Assembly: GCA_049680185.1 (NCBI GenBank)
Contig: JBAUHI010000032.1
Location: forward strand, 3,767 to 67,766
Source of the DNA: Gemmatimonadales bacterium
Lineage (GTDB): Bacteria > Gemmatimonadota > Gemmatimonadetes > Gemmatimonadales > GWC2-71-9
Direction of reading: 5' to 3'
Length of the DNA stretch: 64,000 nt
The notes under the pieces were generated by a model. It was given only the letters and a program-made list of their open reading frames with translations, did not search any database and had not been told where the DNA came from. The position numbers and the translations under genes were made by a program. Below, one piece after another: positions 62,349-64,000 of this stretch (position 1 is its first letter; each line of letters starts with the position of its first letter).

Positions 62349-63084
62349 TCTGACCTGGCGGGGTCGGATGGGCCGGCACGTCGAACACGGCAACGTACGT
62401 GGCATCACCATCCAGACGCTGCAGGCCACGCTCCCGATAACCCATCGCCCCCATCTCGCACGTGAGCAGCGAAGTCGGGGTTCCATGACGTGAGATCGGT
62501 CGGTCCACGTCCACGACGGCGACCCGCCCTCCCGGTGCGATGGCCGGCGCCAGGTTAAACAGGAACTCGTAGGGATTGGCGATCTCGTGGTACATATGCG
62601 ACATGAGCGCCAGGTCTACCGATGCGGGCGGCAGTTCCGGATCGGACGCCGCACCCAGCACCAGCGTCACCCCCCGGACCTTCTCGTGCTCCAGGCGTGC
62701 CTGCAGCCGGCCCAGATAGGTCTCGTCGATGTCCTCGCCGTAGATCACCGACCTGGGGCCCAGTCGCTGGGCCAGCCGAACGGTGTAGTAGCCTGAACCG
62801 GCGCCGATGTCGGCGACGCGGATCCCCGGCTTGAGGTCCAGGTAGTCGAACACCTTGTACGACTCTCCCTCCCGGTCACGGGCCGCCTCGCTGTTCCACC
62901 CCGGGCTGATGATCGGCGCCACCGGCCGGGCCGGGAGCGGAAAGGACGGCTGCTGCTGGGCCACCACCGCCCGACCGACGCCGGCCAGCAGCAGCACCCC
63001 GACCGTGAAGGATCGCCCACGACCCTCATGCACTCGCCCTCCCTTGCCTCCGGGCCACCCCGGACCGAGAATACGACATTCCAT
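62323..63084 (-). CDS. class I SAM-dependent methyltransferase with N-terminal signal/anchor
   Basis: Contains VADIGAGSGYYTVRLA and VDLALMSHMYHE. The start is uncertain (ATG 63084 or GTG 63033). Its 3' end overlaps the convergent gene by 26 nt. Confidence 0.75.
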   Translation of the reverse strand: MECRILGPGWPGGKGGRVHEGRGRSFTVGVLLLAGVGRAVVAQQQPSFPLPARPVAPIISPGWNSEAARDREGESYKVFDYLDLKPGIRVADIGAGSGYYTVRLAQRLGPRSVIYGEDIDETYLGRLQARLEHEKVRGVTLVLGAASDPELPPASVDLALMSHMYHEIANPYEFLFNLAPAIAPGGRVAVVDVDRPISRHGTPTSLLTCEMGAMGYRERGLQRLDGDATYVAVFDVPAHPTPPGQIKVCRLTK

Positions 63085-63110
63085 TAACGCCTATTCAAGG
63101 TCCCATTCCA

Positions 63111-64000
63111 ATGCCTCGAACGCAATTCCTCGGTACCGGCCTCGCCGTCCCCGACCACGTGGTCACCAACGACGACCTGTCAAAGGTGATGGATACCTCG
63201 GACGAATGGATCCGGGTCCGCACCGGGATCGAACAACGCCGTTGGGTGCAGGAAGGCGAGACCGGCGCCGGCCTCGGCCACAAGGCGGCGATCCAGGCAC
63301 TCGCCGCCGCGGGCGTCCAAGCCGGCGAGCTCGACGCGATCGTCTATGCCACCACTACGCCCGACCACTACGCGCCCGGCAACGGGGTGTACCTGCAGCA
63401 GCTGCTGGGCGTCGGCACGATCCCCGCGATCGACATCCGGATGCAATGCAGCGGGTTCATCTATGCGCTGTCGGTCGCCGACGCATGGATCCGCACCGGC
63501 ACCTACCGACGGATCCTGGTCGTGGGCCAGGAGATCCAGTCGACCGGCATGGATGTGAGCACCCGGGGCCGCAACACCGCCGTGATCTTTGCCGATGGTG
63601 CCGGTGCGGTGGTCCTGGGCCCGACCGACGACCCCTCGCGGGGCATCCTGTCGTTCGACCTGCATTCCCAAGGGGAACACGCCGACCTGCTGTGGGTCGA
63701 CGTGCCCGGCTCGATGTACCACCCGCGTATCTCGGAGACCCAGATCCGGGAAGGAAAGCACTTCCTCCAGATGGACGGCAAGGAGGTCTTTCGTCACGCC
63801 TCGACCCGGATGCCGGAATCGGTGCGGGCGGCGCTGGCAAGCGCCGGTCACACGACAGGTGACATTTCGCTCCTCATTCCGCACCAGGCCAATCTGCGGA
63901 TCTCGGAGATGGTGGCCAAGGCGCTGGCCCTCGCCCCCGATCGGGTCTACAACAACATCCAGCGCTACGGGAATACCACGGCGGCGACGATCCCCATCTG
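63111..64000 (+). CDS. fabH: beta-ketoacyl-ACP synthase III, 3' end cut by window edge
   Basis: Not in the ORF track because there is no stop in the window. My translation from ATG 63111: MPRTQFLGTGLAVPDHVVTNDDLSKVMDTSDEWIRVRTGI. Active-site Cys in MQCSGFIYAL, His in IPHQANLRI, Asn in YGNTTAATIP. Confidence 0.9.
   Translation, partial: MPRTQFLGTGLAVPDHVVTNDDLSKVMDTSDEWIRVRTGIEQRRWVQEGETGAGLGHKAAIQALAAAGVQAGELDAIVYATTTPDHYAPGNGVYLQQLLGVGTIPAIDIRMQCSGFIYALSVADAWIRTGTYRRILVVGQEIQSTGMDVSTRGRNTAVIFADGAGAVVLGPTDDPSRGILSFDLHSQGEHADLLWVDVPGSMYHPRISETQIREGKHFLQMDGKEVFRHASTRMPESVRAALASAGHTTGDISLLIPHQANLRISEMVAKALALAPDRVYNNIQRYGNTTAATIPI

Overview
Very GC-rich bacterial chromosomal segment; GC content was not computed. 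The gene content suggests a Gemmatimonadota- or Acidobacteria-like soil bacterium, but this is a weak inference and no database search was run. It looks like core chromosome rather than an obvious island. Product calls rest on motifs I read in the supplied translations and in my own translations.

Genes, in order:
- A sensor histidine kinase truncated by the window edge, which is missing from the ORF track.
- A caa3-type cytochrome c oxidase operon (ctaC-D-E-F).
- Two DinB-family genes, a periplasmic VanX-like dipeptidase, a Tat-signal class V PLP enzyme, and greA coupled to a GroES-fold gene.
- An APC permease and M1, M42 and M28 peptidases.
- Three ECF sigma modules. One has two DM13 proteins, and one heads a TolC/MacAB-like efflux operon.
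- A dedicated ECF-type vitamin transporter with one degenerate ATPase.
- An SBP-less NitT/TauT-like ABC pair.
- An alpha/beta hydrolase-hypothetical-PolX-Nth repair operon.
- A FadL/SGNH lipid pair, an HD protein and a PLD protein.
- A cytochrome b plus molybdoenzyme pair, and a fabH gene truncated by the window edge.

The most unusual signal is non-coding. Nearly every longer intergenic gap holds a long imperfect palindrome whose arms are short tandem oligomers. I count at least six sequence families.

One family has conserved boxes GTCATCCTGAG and GAAGGATCGG. It occurs as compact hairpins at three sites. It also occurs as inverted arrays that bracket a small GIY-YIG nuclease gene almost exactly. 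This resembles a REP/RAYT arrangement, but with a GIY-YIG enzyme. It is my lead candidate for an undescribed mobile or structured-DNA system.

Repeat-derived sequence also sits in frame inside three CDSs.

Secondary leads:
- A textbook promoter plus palindromic operator lies in front of an unlisted 52-codon Cys-rich ORF, a SplB-like radical SAM gene and a DinB gene.
- A DM13/Met-His-rich/ECF sigma operon looks copper-related.

The many long antisense ORFs in the track are GC-driven shadows.
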